A stretch of DNA of 64,000 nucleotides from an uncultured virus (IMG/VR IMGVR_UViG_3300032326_002378). Lineage: Duplodnaviria > Heunggongvirae > Uroviricota > Caudoviricetes. The stretch is taken from IMG/VR virus record IMGVR_UViG_3300032326_002378, one strand, 5' to 3'. The notes beneath the pieces are model-generated. The model searched no databases, was not told the DNA's origin, and worked only from the letters and a program-made list of their open reading frames with translations. The position numbers and the translations under genes are program-made. Below, one piece after another: positions 1-8,585 of this stretch (position 1 is its first letter; each line of letters opens with the position of its first letter).

Positions 1-192
1 AGTGATATAACATTTACATCTGTCACCGGCTCCCAGGTGACCCAATTTGTAATTTTCAGAGACACAGGCACAGAAGCTACATCTCAATTAGTTGCATACT
101 TCGATGTAGCAACAAACCTACCTATCACTCCAAACGGTGGAGATATCTCCATCACTTGGTCCAATGACACAAACAGAATATTCAAACTTTAG
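1..192 (+). CDS. C-terminal fragment of a conserved phage virion/tail-associated protein (5' truncated; not in ORF track)
   Basis: Frame 1 is open from base 1 to TAG at 190-192: ...VIFRDTGTEATSQLVAYFDVATNLPITPNGGDISITWSNDTNRIFKL. The LPxTPNGGDI...W...IFKL ending is typical of a widespread small phage structural family. Confidence 0.75.
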   Translation, partial: SDITFTSVTGSQVTQFVIFRDTGTEATSQLVAYFDVATNLPITPNGGDISITWSNDTNRIFKL

Positions 193-200
193 AGGCAGAA

Positions 201-449
201 ATGGATTACACATCATATACTATTGAAGAATTGATTGATCTCAAATTAGTAAAAGAAGCTGCCATGGAAGTAGCTAAAGCAGAGTTGGATGAAGTTGCAG
301 ATGCTTTAAGAGAAAAACAAATTAATTTAGAGCTTGCAAACAAACTTAATTCTATGACCGCTGAAGAAATTGAATTGTTGAGAAATTATAATCCTTCAGC
401 AATGACAGTTGGAAGTATTTTATCTCAAGAGGAAGTTGGCAAGATTTAG
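201..449 (+). CDS. Hypothetical helical protein
   Basis: 82-aa ORF with GAGG upstream. Coiled-coil-like; ends with one copy of the SIxSxE motif repeated in the next gene. Confidence 0.7.
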   Translation: MDYTSYTIEELIDLKLVKEAAMEVAKAELDEVADALREKQINLELANKLNSMTAEEIELLRNYNPSAMTVGSILSQEEVGKI

Positions 450-464
450 CCAATTAATTCTTCC

Positions 465-1508
465 ATGAGCGCCAATGATTTCTTAGCGCAATCAACTCCT
501 CAAAGTATTGGCGCAACTTCTATACCATCATCTGAATCTTTTGATAATCAGAGTTTATTAGCGTCTAAAAGACTCTCTCTTGTCCCTATAGATACGAGAG
601 AAACCTTCCCGATTAATTCTAGAATAGCTAATGTAGTTTTTGTCTACCCTAGTGCAATAATATCTTCTGAAAGTATCCCTACTGACTTACAATTAAATGT
701 ATTTAACTCAAGAACATATTTTGAGTTTACATCATCAATTGCAAGTGAAGAAGCTTTTACAACACCATCAATCAATTCAGTTACTAGCCTATCTCCAAGT
801 GCAATTGGATCTACAGAGACATTTGGAAGTTCAACAGTAAACTTTTTAAGTAATATTTCAATTGGATCTGGAATAAGTTCTTCAGAGTCATTGCTGAATA
901 ACAATTTGCTTAAACACATTGGTAAAATATTATTTCCTGACAATATATTTACTGGACAACTGTTTTCATCACCAAGTATATACTTATCTAGAACTATATA
1001 CCCAGGTTCAAATGCAAGTTCTGAGTTTATTACAAACAATCATTTGATTAATGGCATTCAACCTACAATAAGGTTTGTTCAACAATATTCTATTAATTCA
1101 TCTGAAAACTTCAGTTCAAATAACATCTTTTCTATTTCTCCACCACCACCTACTATCATAGCTTCTGGGTTTATAAAATCATGGATAGCAGTTGTTAATT
1201 CTATGATAGTAAATTTAACAAAGAAAAATATTCTTGATGTTGATACTTTAATTGAATATCAAAGAATAATTCAGCCACAAACAAGATACATCATTGACTC
1301 TTACATCAAATCAAATATCTTTGAAATTGATTATCATCAAAAATATACTGCTGTTTCTTACATAGATGTTGAAGAAATTGATATGGCAAGACAAACCAGT
1401 AATAACTTAGAAAGTTATATAAAACAGAAATATCACATTGAAAGCTATTTTGTAAGTGAAAATATTCAAATGCCAAAGATTACAAGATACAAAATTGAAA
1501 AATATTAG
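465..1508 (+). CDS. Ser-rich repeat protein, putative virion/tail component
   Basis: 347 aa; about 9 degenerate PxxIxSxExF repeats in the N-terminal two-thirds; structural gene context. Confidence 0.65.
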   Translation: MSANDFLAQSTPQSIGATSIPSSESFDNQSLLASKRLSLVPIDTRETFPINSRIANVVFVYPSAIISSESIPTDLQLNVFNSRTYFEFTSSIASEEAFTTPSINSVTSLSPSAIGSTETFGSSTVNFLSNISIGSGISSSESLLNNNLLKHIGKILFPDNIFTGQLFSSPSIYLSRTIYPGSNASSEFITNNHLINGIQPTIRFVQQYSINSSENFSSNNIFSISPPPPTIIASGFIKSWIAVVNSMIVNLTKKNILDVDTLIEYQRIIQPQTRYIIDSYIKSNIFEIDYHQKYTAVSYIDVEEIDMARQTSNNLESYIKQKYHIESYFVSENIQMPKITRYKIEKY

Positions 1509-1519
1509 GAGATAGAAAA

Positions 1520-1831
1520 TTGCAATCACCGATTTACACAAATACCACTGTTAAAATCTACGCTAAAATTAAGGACGAAGATGGCAACCAAATTGATCCT
1601 GATGGCATAGATTTTTTCATCACACAACCAGGAATTGGAGCAACTACCATTCAATACTCGTATGGAAATGTTGATGGAACAATTCAAAAAACAGGTTCTG
1701 GTTCAACTGCAGAATATTTTGTTGAGTGGTTGACTGATGATCCAGGTAGATATAAATATACTTGGGAGACTACAGGCACAATTCAAACAGCATTTAAGAG
1801 TTTCTTTGAAGTAGAAAACTCAAGGTGGTAA
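1520..1831 (+). CDS. Small beta-rich (Ig-like) phage structural protein
   Basis: 103 aa, TTG start with AGGAG SD; alternating beta-strand pattern (GRYKYTWETTG). Confidence 0.6.
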   Translation: MQSPIYTNTTVKIYAKIKDEDGNQIDPDGIDFFITQPGIGATTIQYSYGNVDGTIQKTGSGSTAEYFVEWLTDDPGRYKYTWETTGTIQTAFKSFFEVENSRW

Positions 1832-1834
1832 TAA

Positions 1835-2776
1835 ATGGCCTATCCTGGTTCACTTACTAGAGCAGAAATAGCTTCTGGTTTATTAGTCAGAAGTGTTAAG
1901 ATAAATGGTAATTACCTTTTAGTCGAAAGCTGCAACATAAACCAAGTCCAAGATATAGATATGAACTCTTTATATCTACAAGGTGGGCCAGGAAGCGCTA
2001 TTGCAAACATTGGTGCTAAAAAATACGAAGGTGACATATCTTTTTTCATAAGAGTAGATAGAGATAATGTTTTAGATCCTGCAATAAGAGCAATTTTTCA
2101 ACATGCAGAATCTCCAATGTCAGGATTAACTTTAGATACTAATCATTTACTTTCACATTTTGGCATTACAGCTGAAGATGGCGGAACAGACAATAACGAG
2201 CTTTTGACAGTTGATGAATTAGTTATCAAATCACTAAATATCACAGCAAACGAGAATGACTATGTCAAAGTATCAGTATCTTTTCAAGGAATGATTGATA
2301 CTAGAGCTGCTTCAGATTATGCTGTACCTGATGAAAATCATGTTCTAGGAAGATCTTTATCATGGGGAGATTGTAACGCTAGTAGATATGAGTCAAACTT
2401 AAGAACAGTTTCTAGTTTTGAATTGACAATTAATAATGAATTGGAAGCTTTATCATTTCTCATGGCTGGAAACTTAGCTGGAGAAAACCGTTCAGATCAG
2501 ATTGCTCTTATAGGTGTTAAATCAGTCAAGTGGTCTGGAGAATATACAGAAATACTCAGAAAGGGTATGGAGCTTGAAACAGCAATTCATGGTGGGTGGA
2601 TGGTTGATGAAAATCTTACATTTACAATTGGACCAATAACTGCAACATACAGGATACCTTTGTTTCAAAAATCAGAATTACCTCTTACAGCTAAAATGTT
2701 GATTAGGAAAGTAAAATGGAATGCTATGATAAATCCATCAGCACCATTAAGACAAGGTGGATTATTTTCGTTTTAA
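1835..2776 (+). CDS. Putative tail-tube-like protein (paralogue of 2871..3896)
   Basis: 313 aa, beta-rich; N-terminal RSVKING..VES.N..N..YLQGGP....NIG aligns with the downstream gene. Confidence 0.55.
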   Translation: MAYPGSLTRAEIASGLLVRSVKINGNYLLVESCNINQVQDIDMNSLYLQGGPGSAIANIGAKKYEGDISFFIRVDRDNVLDPAIRAIFQHAESPMSGLTLDTNHLLSHFGITAEDGGTDNNELLTVDELVIKSLNITANENDYVKVSVSFQGMIDTRAASDYAVPDENHVLGRSLSWGDCNASRYESNLRTVSSFELTINNELEALSFLMAGNLAGENRSDQIALIGVKSVKWSGEYTEILRKGMELETAIHGGWMVDENLTFTIGPITATYRIPLFQKSELPLTAKMLIRKVKWNAMINPSAPLRQGGLFSF

Positions 2777-2781
2777 GAATA
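2754..2781 (+). promoter_or_regulatory. WAGG-N18-AGAA candidate phage promoter (tandem copy 1)
   Basis: AAGG tggattattttcgtttta AGAATA, upstream of 2871. Confidence 0.6.
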
Positions 2782-2810
2782 GAATAACAACATTTCGAAT
2801 GAATGTATTA

Positions 2811-2838
2811 AAGGGAAAATTTGCATCATAAAAGAAAG
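2811..2838 (+). promoter_or_regulatory. WAGG-N18-AGAA candidate phage promoter (tandem copy 2)
   Basis: AAGG gaaaatttgcatcataaa AGAAAG, 34 nt before ATG 2871. Confidence 0.6.
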
Positions 2839-2870
2839 TACAAATTATATTGGTTTAAGGGAGAATTATT

Positions 2871-3896
2871 ATGCCTCTAAATAATAATCTATTTGGTGTT
2901 TACAAATCACTAAAGGTTAGTGGTCGTACATATGTAGCTGAAAGCGCAAACAGAAACGTGAGCATGGAAGTTGATGCGAAGAACTATATCCAAGGTTCTC
3001 CAAAAGCTCGTGTTCTCAACATTGGTGGAACAAAAGAAACCATTTCTATCACTGCCCCAATCCTCGTTGGTGCTGGCTCTGCTGTTGACGGTAGAGAATT
3101 AGCTAACACCAAAATTACTGAGATTTTGGATCCTAACACTGCTAGACTTCCAGTCCTTGAAAGTGCAGTTTACAAAGTTAGCCCAGATGGAGCTAGCGTT
3201 TCTATTACATTAAAATCTGACGGTGACCCAGGAAGCCCAACAGATACATCACCAAGACCTTTCGAAGTTTCTGGTAGAGAAATTGAAGAACTCAAGCCAG
3301 GTTTTGGTGCTCAACCATCAAGAGTTGCAAGATTCTATGACTTCCGTGTTCAAATTGGTTTCAGAAAGTTCTTCATCCTTGAAGCTGAAATTACAGTTGC
3401 AGCAACAACAACCGAAGCATACTTCTTAGTACCTTACAACACAATCAACGATGGTACTCCTGATTATATCCAAGGCCCATCTGGTTCTGGTACTATTGCA
3501 GCTGGTTTCCAATTCCCGTTCCTTGGTATCTCTGGTATCAAGATCACTGGTAAGGGCAAAGCTGCTGTTATCCTTAAGGATATTCCAGGAACTGCTAACT
3601 ACGGTGACTACTACTTCTTTGATTACTACGGTGGAGAATCAGTCGGAACTGACGAATCTATCAACCTTGGTCTCTCAAGAGGACAATCCGACCTTACATT
3701 CCAAAGACCTGGTGAAGCTGTTGCAGAAGCTCAAAGTTTCCGCCTTGAAATCTTTGATGGTCTTGATGACAATGCATGGGAATCACTCCTCCCAGCAACA
3801 ATTGATACTTCCAAGTCTGTTGTTTCCACTTCAAACTTCTCTGTATCAACTGGTCTTCTTACTGTTGACTTTGACTTCTACTGCTGGGTTCAATAA
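2871..3896 (+). CDS. Putative major tail tube / abundant virion protein
   Basis: 341 aa, beta-rich; strong SD (AAGGGAG); high-expression-type codon bias (TTC, ATC, AAC, GGT, GCT); two upstream promoter motifs and its own terminator. Confidence 0.6.
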   Translation: MPLNNNLFGVYKSLKVSGRTYVAESANRNVSMEVDAKNYIQGSPKARVLNIGGTKETISITAPILVGAGSAVDGRELANTKITEILDPNTARLPVLESAVYKVSPDGASVSITLKSDGDPGSPTDTSPRPFEVSGREIEELKPGFGAQPSRVARFYDFRVQIGFRKFFILEAEITVAATTTEAYFLVPYNTINDGTPDYIQGPSGSGTIAAGFQFPFLGISGIKITGKGKAAVILKDIPGTANYGDYYFFDYYGGESVGTDESINLGLSRGQSDLTFQRPGEAVAEAQSFRLEIFDGLDDNAWESLLPATIDTSKSVVSTSNFSVSTGLLTVDFDFYCWVQ

Positions 3897-3917
3897 TCTA
3901 GCTGCAGAAATGCTTAC

Positions 3918-3946
3918 AAAAAACCTCCCTTTCGGGAGGTTTTTTT
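3918..3946. terminator. Bidirectional rho-independent terminator
   Basis: AAAAAACCTCCC-tttc-GGGAGGTTTTTTT between convergent genes. Confidence 0.9.
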
Positions 3947-4454
3947 ATTCTCTAGTCCAATCTACTATAAACTCTTCATAATTCCAATCATCATATGGAT
4001 CAATCTTATCCCAAGTTTCTTTCACAACATAAAAGTTTAACTTGTTCAATATGCTCATGATTAATCCATCAACAATACTACAAACTGAATAATATCTTCT
4101 GTGTTTAGAATCAACATAATGAAGAGTGCAATATAAAATATCCCCTACTTTTGATTCCAATACAACTTTTTCAATTGCAGAGTTGCTATCTTTTAAATGT
4201 TTGTTAAATATTTGATAAATTGTATGTATATGGGAGTTTTTATGCAAGCTTTTAAAGAAAAACGAGAGCATAGATCCTTCATAAGCATTCAACACTATAG
4301 CAACATCTTTATCATCACCTTCAAGCAATGCATACATTTTGTTTTCAGGGCTTATTAAAATATGTTGTAAATCAACTTTTAATAAACTCAAGTCCTCAAT
4401 GTCATTCAAGTTCTTGGTTTTGATAGTCAATTTTTTAATTGGAAGATCGTCCAT
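3945..4454 (-). CDS. Bifunctional nuclease (DUF151/BFN)-like protein, degenerate
   Basis: Pattern AIVLNAYEGSML...TIYQIF...IEKVVLESKVGDILYCTL...DGLIMSI...FYV follows DUF151. Probable ATG at 4454 overlaps the upstream TGA (track start 4457 is TTG). Confidence 0.65.
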   Translation of the reverse strand: MDDLPIKKLTIKTKNLNDIEDLSLLKVDLQHILISPENKMYALLEGDDKDVAIVLNAYEGSMLSFFFKSLHKNSHIHTIYQIFNKHLKDSNSAIEKVVLESKVGDILYCTLHYVDSKHRRYYSVCSIVDGLIMSILNKLNFYVVKETWDKIDPYDDWNYEEFIVDWTRE

Positions 4455-4858
4455 CAATGACTACAGCCTTCTTTTTGGCAAGGCTTGCAACTACCACAAA
4501 GTTTATTGTTTAAATAATGAGATGCTGCTACAAGAAAAGAACCAAATACTAGAACAAAAGTAAATAAATCTAATTCTAAGCCATGTTCTGCAGAATGATT
4601 ATGATGTAATCTACCAATCACAATCAACATAATTCCTGAACTTAAATATGCAAATGCTTTTAATGATTTATGTTTTCTATAACCAAAACATAAACTGCAA
4701 ACACCCAAAATTGCTGAGAATGCTAATAATCCCCATTCAAAAGATTCATTCACAAAAAGAGATATACCAAATACTGGAACAAGAGTAATAACCAGTGGCA
4801 TAATTAAACAATGAACCGCACATGTCAAACTAGAAAACATTCCTATTTTATCTATCAT
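4454..4858 (-). CDS. MerC-domain membrane protein
   Basis: DKIGMFSSLTCAVHCLIMP N-terminal signature, 4 hydrophobic segments, GYRKH loop, AASHYLN. Confidence 0.85.
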   Translation of the reverse strand: MIDKIGMFSSLTCAVHCLIMPLVITLVPVFGISLFVNESFEWGLLAFSAILGVCSLCFGYRKHKSLKAFAYLSSGIMLIVIGRLHHNHSAEHGLELDLFTFVLVFGSFLVAASHYLNNKLCGSCKPCQKEGCSH

Positions 4859-5472
4859 TTTAATTGGTAACTCTTCCTGTGAAAATATTGAAGTCCATAT
4901 TTAGCAACAGCTTCTTTATGCTTGGGAGTAATGTAGCCCTTGTTACTAATTAAATCATATTCTGGATACTCTTCATGCAATTTGGCTAGAACTCTGTCAT
5001 GATGCACTTTAGCAATTATGCTTGCAGCTGCTACAGCTAAAGAAGTGGAGTCAGCTTTAGGGATCATTAGTTGTGGAGAAAGATTATTCTTTGGTCCTTG
5101 GTCAATAACGTAAACACCTGGTAGCTCATCAATATATTTAGTGGCTTGAGATGCAGAATTAATCATTGCATTTAGGTTTGCTTCTTGAATGCCAAAATTA
5201 TCAATTTCTTCAGCAGATATTTCAATTAAGCCATAAGAAATGCAGCTAGTAATGATTCTTTCGTACAGCTCTTCTCTTTTCTTTTGAGTAAGCTTTTTAG
5301 AATCATTAACTCCTTCTAAAACCTGCCTATCATCTAGTACCACACAAGCAGCAACTAATGGTCCAGCTAAAGAGCCACGACCGCATTCATCAATACCAGC
5401 GATGTATCTGCCATATTTAAGACGAAGTTCATCATCAAACTTTTTTAATTCTATGTGAGCTTGCGATTTCAT
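4855..5472 (-). CDS. rnhB: Ribonuclease HII
   Basis: IAGIDECGRGSLAGP, DSKKL, AAASIIAKV, NKGY.T..H, HRKSY motifs. Confidence 0.95.
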   Translation of the reverse strand: MKSQAHIELKKFDDELRLKYGRYIAGIDECGRGSLAGPLVAACVVLDDRQVLEGVNDSKKLTQKKREELYERIITSCISYGLIEISAEEIDNFGIQEANLNAMINSASQATKYIDELPGVYVIDQGPKNNLSPQLMIPKADSTSLAVAAASIIAKVHHDRVLAKLHEEYPEYDLISNKGYITPKHKEAVAKYGLQYFHRKSYQLK

Positions 5473-7235
5473 TACATTTCTTTCTTAGCTTGATCATAAA
5501 CTTTTTTTGTTAAGAAATTAACTAATTCTCTACCAGATTCTACAAGAGATGAAAGAAGTTCAATATTTTCTGAATTATAATCAGCTTCAATACTTTCTCT
5601 TAAATCATCCAATTCTTTTACTTCTTCTTCAGATAAAACTTTAGTATCAACCAATTCAAATAATTGTATCTTTAAACTAGTAAGCCACTCTCTGAGATTT
5701 GAAAGCTGAATAAATCTCTCATCATCAATTTTATTTTCTTCAGCATCAATAAGCATTTTTGTCATTTCTTCTTTTGATAGAGACCCAGATAATACCATGA
5801 CTTTTTCATTTTTAGTAGCTTCATCTATTGCTTTAACAGTTACAATTCCATCAGCATCAACATCAAAAACTACTTCAATTTTTGGCACACCTCTTCTCAT
5901 AAAAGGAATATTATCTAGCTTAAACTCTCCCAAATAATGATTGTATTTAGTTTGAGGTCTTTCTCCTTGGAATACTTTGACATCTACAGAGGTTTGGTTG
6001 TCTTCAGCTGTGGTAAAAACTTCTCTATATTCTGTGGGGACTTGGGTGTTGCGTCTAATCATTGTATTCATCACGCCACCTAAAGTTTCAATTCCCAAAG
6101 AAAGTGGAGTGACATCTAACAGGAATATCATTTTGTCTGAATTACCTGAAAGAACAGAAGCTTGAATTGCAGCTCCTAATGCCACTGCTTCATCTGGATT
6201 AATTGTTTTGTTTGGACGTTTACCAATCCATTCATTAATCTTCTTTGAAACTAATGGAATACGAGTAGAACCACCAACAAAAACAACTTCATCAATATCG
6301 TTGGCTTTTAATTGTGCGTCATTAAGTGCTTGTTCAATACAATCCTTCGTTTTATTTAAGATCGATTCTATTGCTTTTTCAAACTCTTCTCTAGATACTA
6401 CAACAGAAAGATTTGCTGGCTTTCTATCCCTAAATGAAAACATAGGTATACTTACATTTGTGCTTTCTAATTGAGATAAAGATTTTTTTGCTTTTTCTGA
6501 TGCTGCTCTAAGTCTTGATTTTTGTTGGTCTGATAAATCTTCAATTGTTTTTTCGTTGTAATCATAATCAAACTTGGAATTATATTTATCTAAAATTATC
6601 TGCGCAAGAATATCATCAAAATCAGCACCACCTAAATTAGTATTGCCAGAAGTAGAGAGAACATGAAAATCTACCCCATCTGATAATTTAAGCACTGTAA
6701 CATCAAAAGTACCACCGCCAAGATCATAAACTAATATTGTAGAATCGTGGCTTTTGTCTAATCCATAAGCTAAAGATGCGGCTGTTGGTTCATTGATAAT
6801 TCTTAGTACATTTAATCCAGCAAGTTCTCCGGCAGCTTTAGTGGCTTTTCTTTCATCATTATTAAAGTAAGCAGGAACAGTAATTACCGCATCTGTTACT
6901 TCTTGACCTAAATAATCTTCTGCATCTCTTTTGAGCTTTTTTAGGATCTCTGATGATATTTCGCATGGAGTAAATTGAGCATTATCAAAACAGTAGATTT
7001 TTTCAAATCCTGTACCCATTTTACGTTTGACTAGTCTTATTGCTCTATGTGGATTTTCTGCTTCAAAATCAACAGCTAAATCACCCACCATGCGAACAAG
7101 ATTTTCATCAACTGCAACAACTGATGGTGTAATTCGATTCCCTTCACAATTAGGAATGACTTCAGCTACACCATTTTTAACATAAGAAACTACAGAAAAT
7201 GTACTACCTAAATCTATACCAATTGAAAGTCCCAT
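5472..7235 (-). CDS. dnaK: Hsp70 chaperone DnaK
   Basis: GIDLGST, TVPAYF, NEPTAA, DLGGGTFD, VGGSTRIP, LLDVTPLSLG; shortened C-terminal lid/tail. Confidence 0.95.
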   Translation of the reverse strand: MGLSIGIDLGSTFSVVSYVKNGVAEVIPNCEGNRITPSVVAVDENLVRMVGDLAVDFEAENPHRAIRLVKRKMGTGFEKIYCFDNAQFTPCEISSEILKKLKRDAEDYLGQEVTDAVITVPAYFNNDERKATKAAGELAGLNVLRIINEPTAASLAYGLDKSHDSTILVYDLGGGTFDVTVLKLSDGVDFHVLSTSGNTNLGGADFDDILAQIILDKYNSKFDYDYNEKTIEDLSDQQKSRLRAASEKAKKSLSQLESTNVSIPMFSFRDRKPANLSVVVSREEFEKAIESILNKTKDCIEQALNDAQLKANDIDEVVFVGGSTRIPLVSKKINEWIGKRPNKTINPDEAVALGAAIQASVLSGNSDKMIFLLDVTPLSLGIETLGGVMNTMIRRNTQVPTEYREVFTTAEDNQTSVDVKVFQGERPQTKYNHYLGEFKLDNIPFMRRGVPKIEVVFDVDADGIVTVKAIDEATKNEKVMVLSGSLSKEEMTKMLIDAEENKIDDERFIQLSNLREWLTSLKIQLFELVDTKVLSEEEVKELDDLRESIEADYNSENIELLSSLVESGRELVNFLTKKVYDQAKKEM

Positions 7236-7242
7236 ACAATAA

Positions 7243-7250
7243 ATTATACA
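7243..7250 (-). promoter_or_regulatory. -10 element (TGTATAAT) 7 nt before dnaK ATG, candidate leaderless promoter
   Basis: Minus strand reads TAA-TGTATAAT-ttattgt-ATG with no SD. Confidence 0.5.
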
Positions 7251-7607
7251 TTATTCAGGATTTTCGTCTGGTAGTACAGTTCCTCCAGGCTTATAACCTT
7301 CCATTAATGTATGCAAAACATCTGTATCTTCAAGTCTTTTTTGCATATTCTTAATTTCATTCTTAGTAATAGGCTTTTCAGAATTAATCATGGAAGGATC
7401 TCTATGCAAAGAACTTTTATAATCGTGAGCCATAGAAATTAATTGGACAACAGCAAAAGTATCCTTGCACTTTAAACAGCGCATGACAGCATATATCTCC
7501 ACTTCTGATTTAGGAAGCCAACCCAAATGAGACTCCCTGAAGAATGGATGTTTGCAAGTTCTATTAAGACAATTTTTTGGCTTTCCAACAATAGTTTGGT
7601 GATGCAT
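7251..7607 (-). CDS. Hypothetical Zn-binding protein
   Basis: 118 aa with CLNRTC and CLKC cysteine pairs. Confidence 0.7.
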   Translation of the reverse strand: MHHQTIVGKPKNCLNRTCKHPFFRESHLGWLPKSEVEIYAVMRCLKCKDTFAVVQLISMAHDYKSSLHRDPSMINSEKPITKNEIKNMQKRLEDTDVLHTLMEGYKPGGTVLPDENPE

Positions 7608-7641
7608 AGTATACCTGCCTATAAGATGCTGATTCTTTTAA

Positions 7642-7669
7642 TATTCTATGTATATGCAAGTAATTCCTA
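7642..7669 (-). promoter_or_regulatory. WAGG-N18-AGAA candidate phage promoter
   Basis: TAGG aattacttgcatatacat AGAATA on the minus strand, 36 nt before ATG 7607. Confidence 0.6.
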
Positions 7670-7676
7670 AGGTAAA

Positions 7677-7704
7677 AAGGATCTACTCATGGTATATTAT
7701 AAAC
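7677..7704 (+). promoter_or_regulatory. Variant motif AAGG-N18-ATAA, back-to-back with the previous copy
   Basis: AAGG atctactcatggtatatt ATAAAC upstream of 7780/7854. Confidence 0.4.
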
Positions 7705-7779
7705 AGTAGTATTGTTCATTGTCGAGCATTATTCTTCCAAAGATGGTTTGTTTGAAATCTATTTAAGGAGGTATTGACA

Positions 7780-7851
7780 ATGAATATACTTAGAGACATC
7801 GAAGAACTCTTTACAACTGTATTTGAAACCCTTTTCAAATTCGAGTTATAA
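7780..7851 (+). CDS. 23-aa microprotein (not in ORF track)
   Basis: Perfect SD TAAGGAGGT at 7764-7772; MNILRDIEELFTTVFETLFKFEL*; stop lies 2 nt before the next ATG. Confidence 0.7.
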   Translation: MNILRDIEELFTTVFETLFKFEL

Positions 7852-7853
7852 TC

Positions 7854-8585
7854 ATGAAAACCGCTATTGTTTACTCTTGTTTTTTATCAGGCAAATGGTA
7901 TTCATTAGTAACAAATCAATTAAACAAAATCTTCTCCTCCAAAACAGTGTTGAATGGGGGAGATGTTTTTATTTGTGCTGTTGGTACTGAAGAAGAATAC
8001 AAGAAACTAATTGAAATTGTTGGAAATCATAAAGCTACAATTTCTTACCATCCAGATACAAAATATGGATGCGAAGCTTATGGCTTTATGAGAATGCATG
8101 AAATTAGCAAAGAAGGCTATGAATACATTTGCTTCATGCATAGTAAGGGTGTTTCAAGATTAAAAGATCCAATGCCAGTAATTGTCACTATCAATACTTG
8201 GCGAGCTTGTATGGAGTATTTTGTGTTAGATAGAGCTGATGATTGCATTTCAGCGTTACAAGTTTCAGACAAAAACTGTGCTGGTGTTATGCTTGATGTT
8301 TTAAATTGGTTTCACGATGATGTTAGTTTTGAAAAGTCAGTATCAATCTATCACTGGGCTATATTTCCAGGCAATTTCTTCTGGGTTAAAGGCACATGGT
8401 TTGCTGAACAACGAGAGCCTACGTTTGAAGAAGACAGATATGAATATGAGAGATTCCTTGGAACTTGTAATGGAATAAACCCCTACTATATCTGGATTAA
8501 AAAATATTCAGCAGTAGGGGCTCATATGTCTTATTTTGAACCAATTTACGAACAAGAATACAAAGGTTCAGAAAAACTTATTTAA
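7854..8585 (+). CDS. Putative glycosyltransferase-related protein
   Basis: YICFMHSKGVS, WRACMEYF, GNFFW, RYEYERFLG motifs resemble rhamnan-synthesis-F-like viral glycan proteins. Confidence 0.5.
   Translation: MKTAIVYSCFLSGKWYSLVTNQLNKIFSSKTVLNGGDVFICAVGTEEEYKKLIEIVGNHKATISYHPDTKYGCEAYGFMRMHEISKEGYEYICFMHSKGVSRLKDPMPVIVTINTWRACMEYFVLDRADDCISALQVSDKNCAGVMLDVLNWFHDDVSFEKSVSIYHWAIFPGNFFWVKGTWFAEQREPTFEEDRYEYERFLGTCNGINPYYIWIKKYSAVGAHMSYFEPIYEQEYKGSEKLI

Noticed and set aside
7823..7852. TTGAAA-N18-TATAAT sigma70-like promoter before 7854
   Set aside because: TATAAT ends 1 nt before the ATG, too close to transcribe it, and is explained by the TTA-TAA end of the 23-aa ORF.
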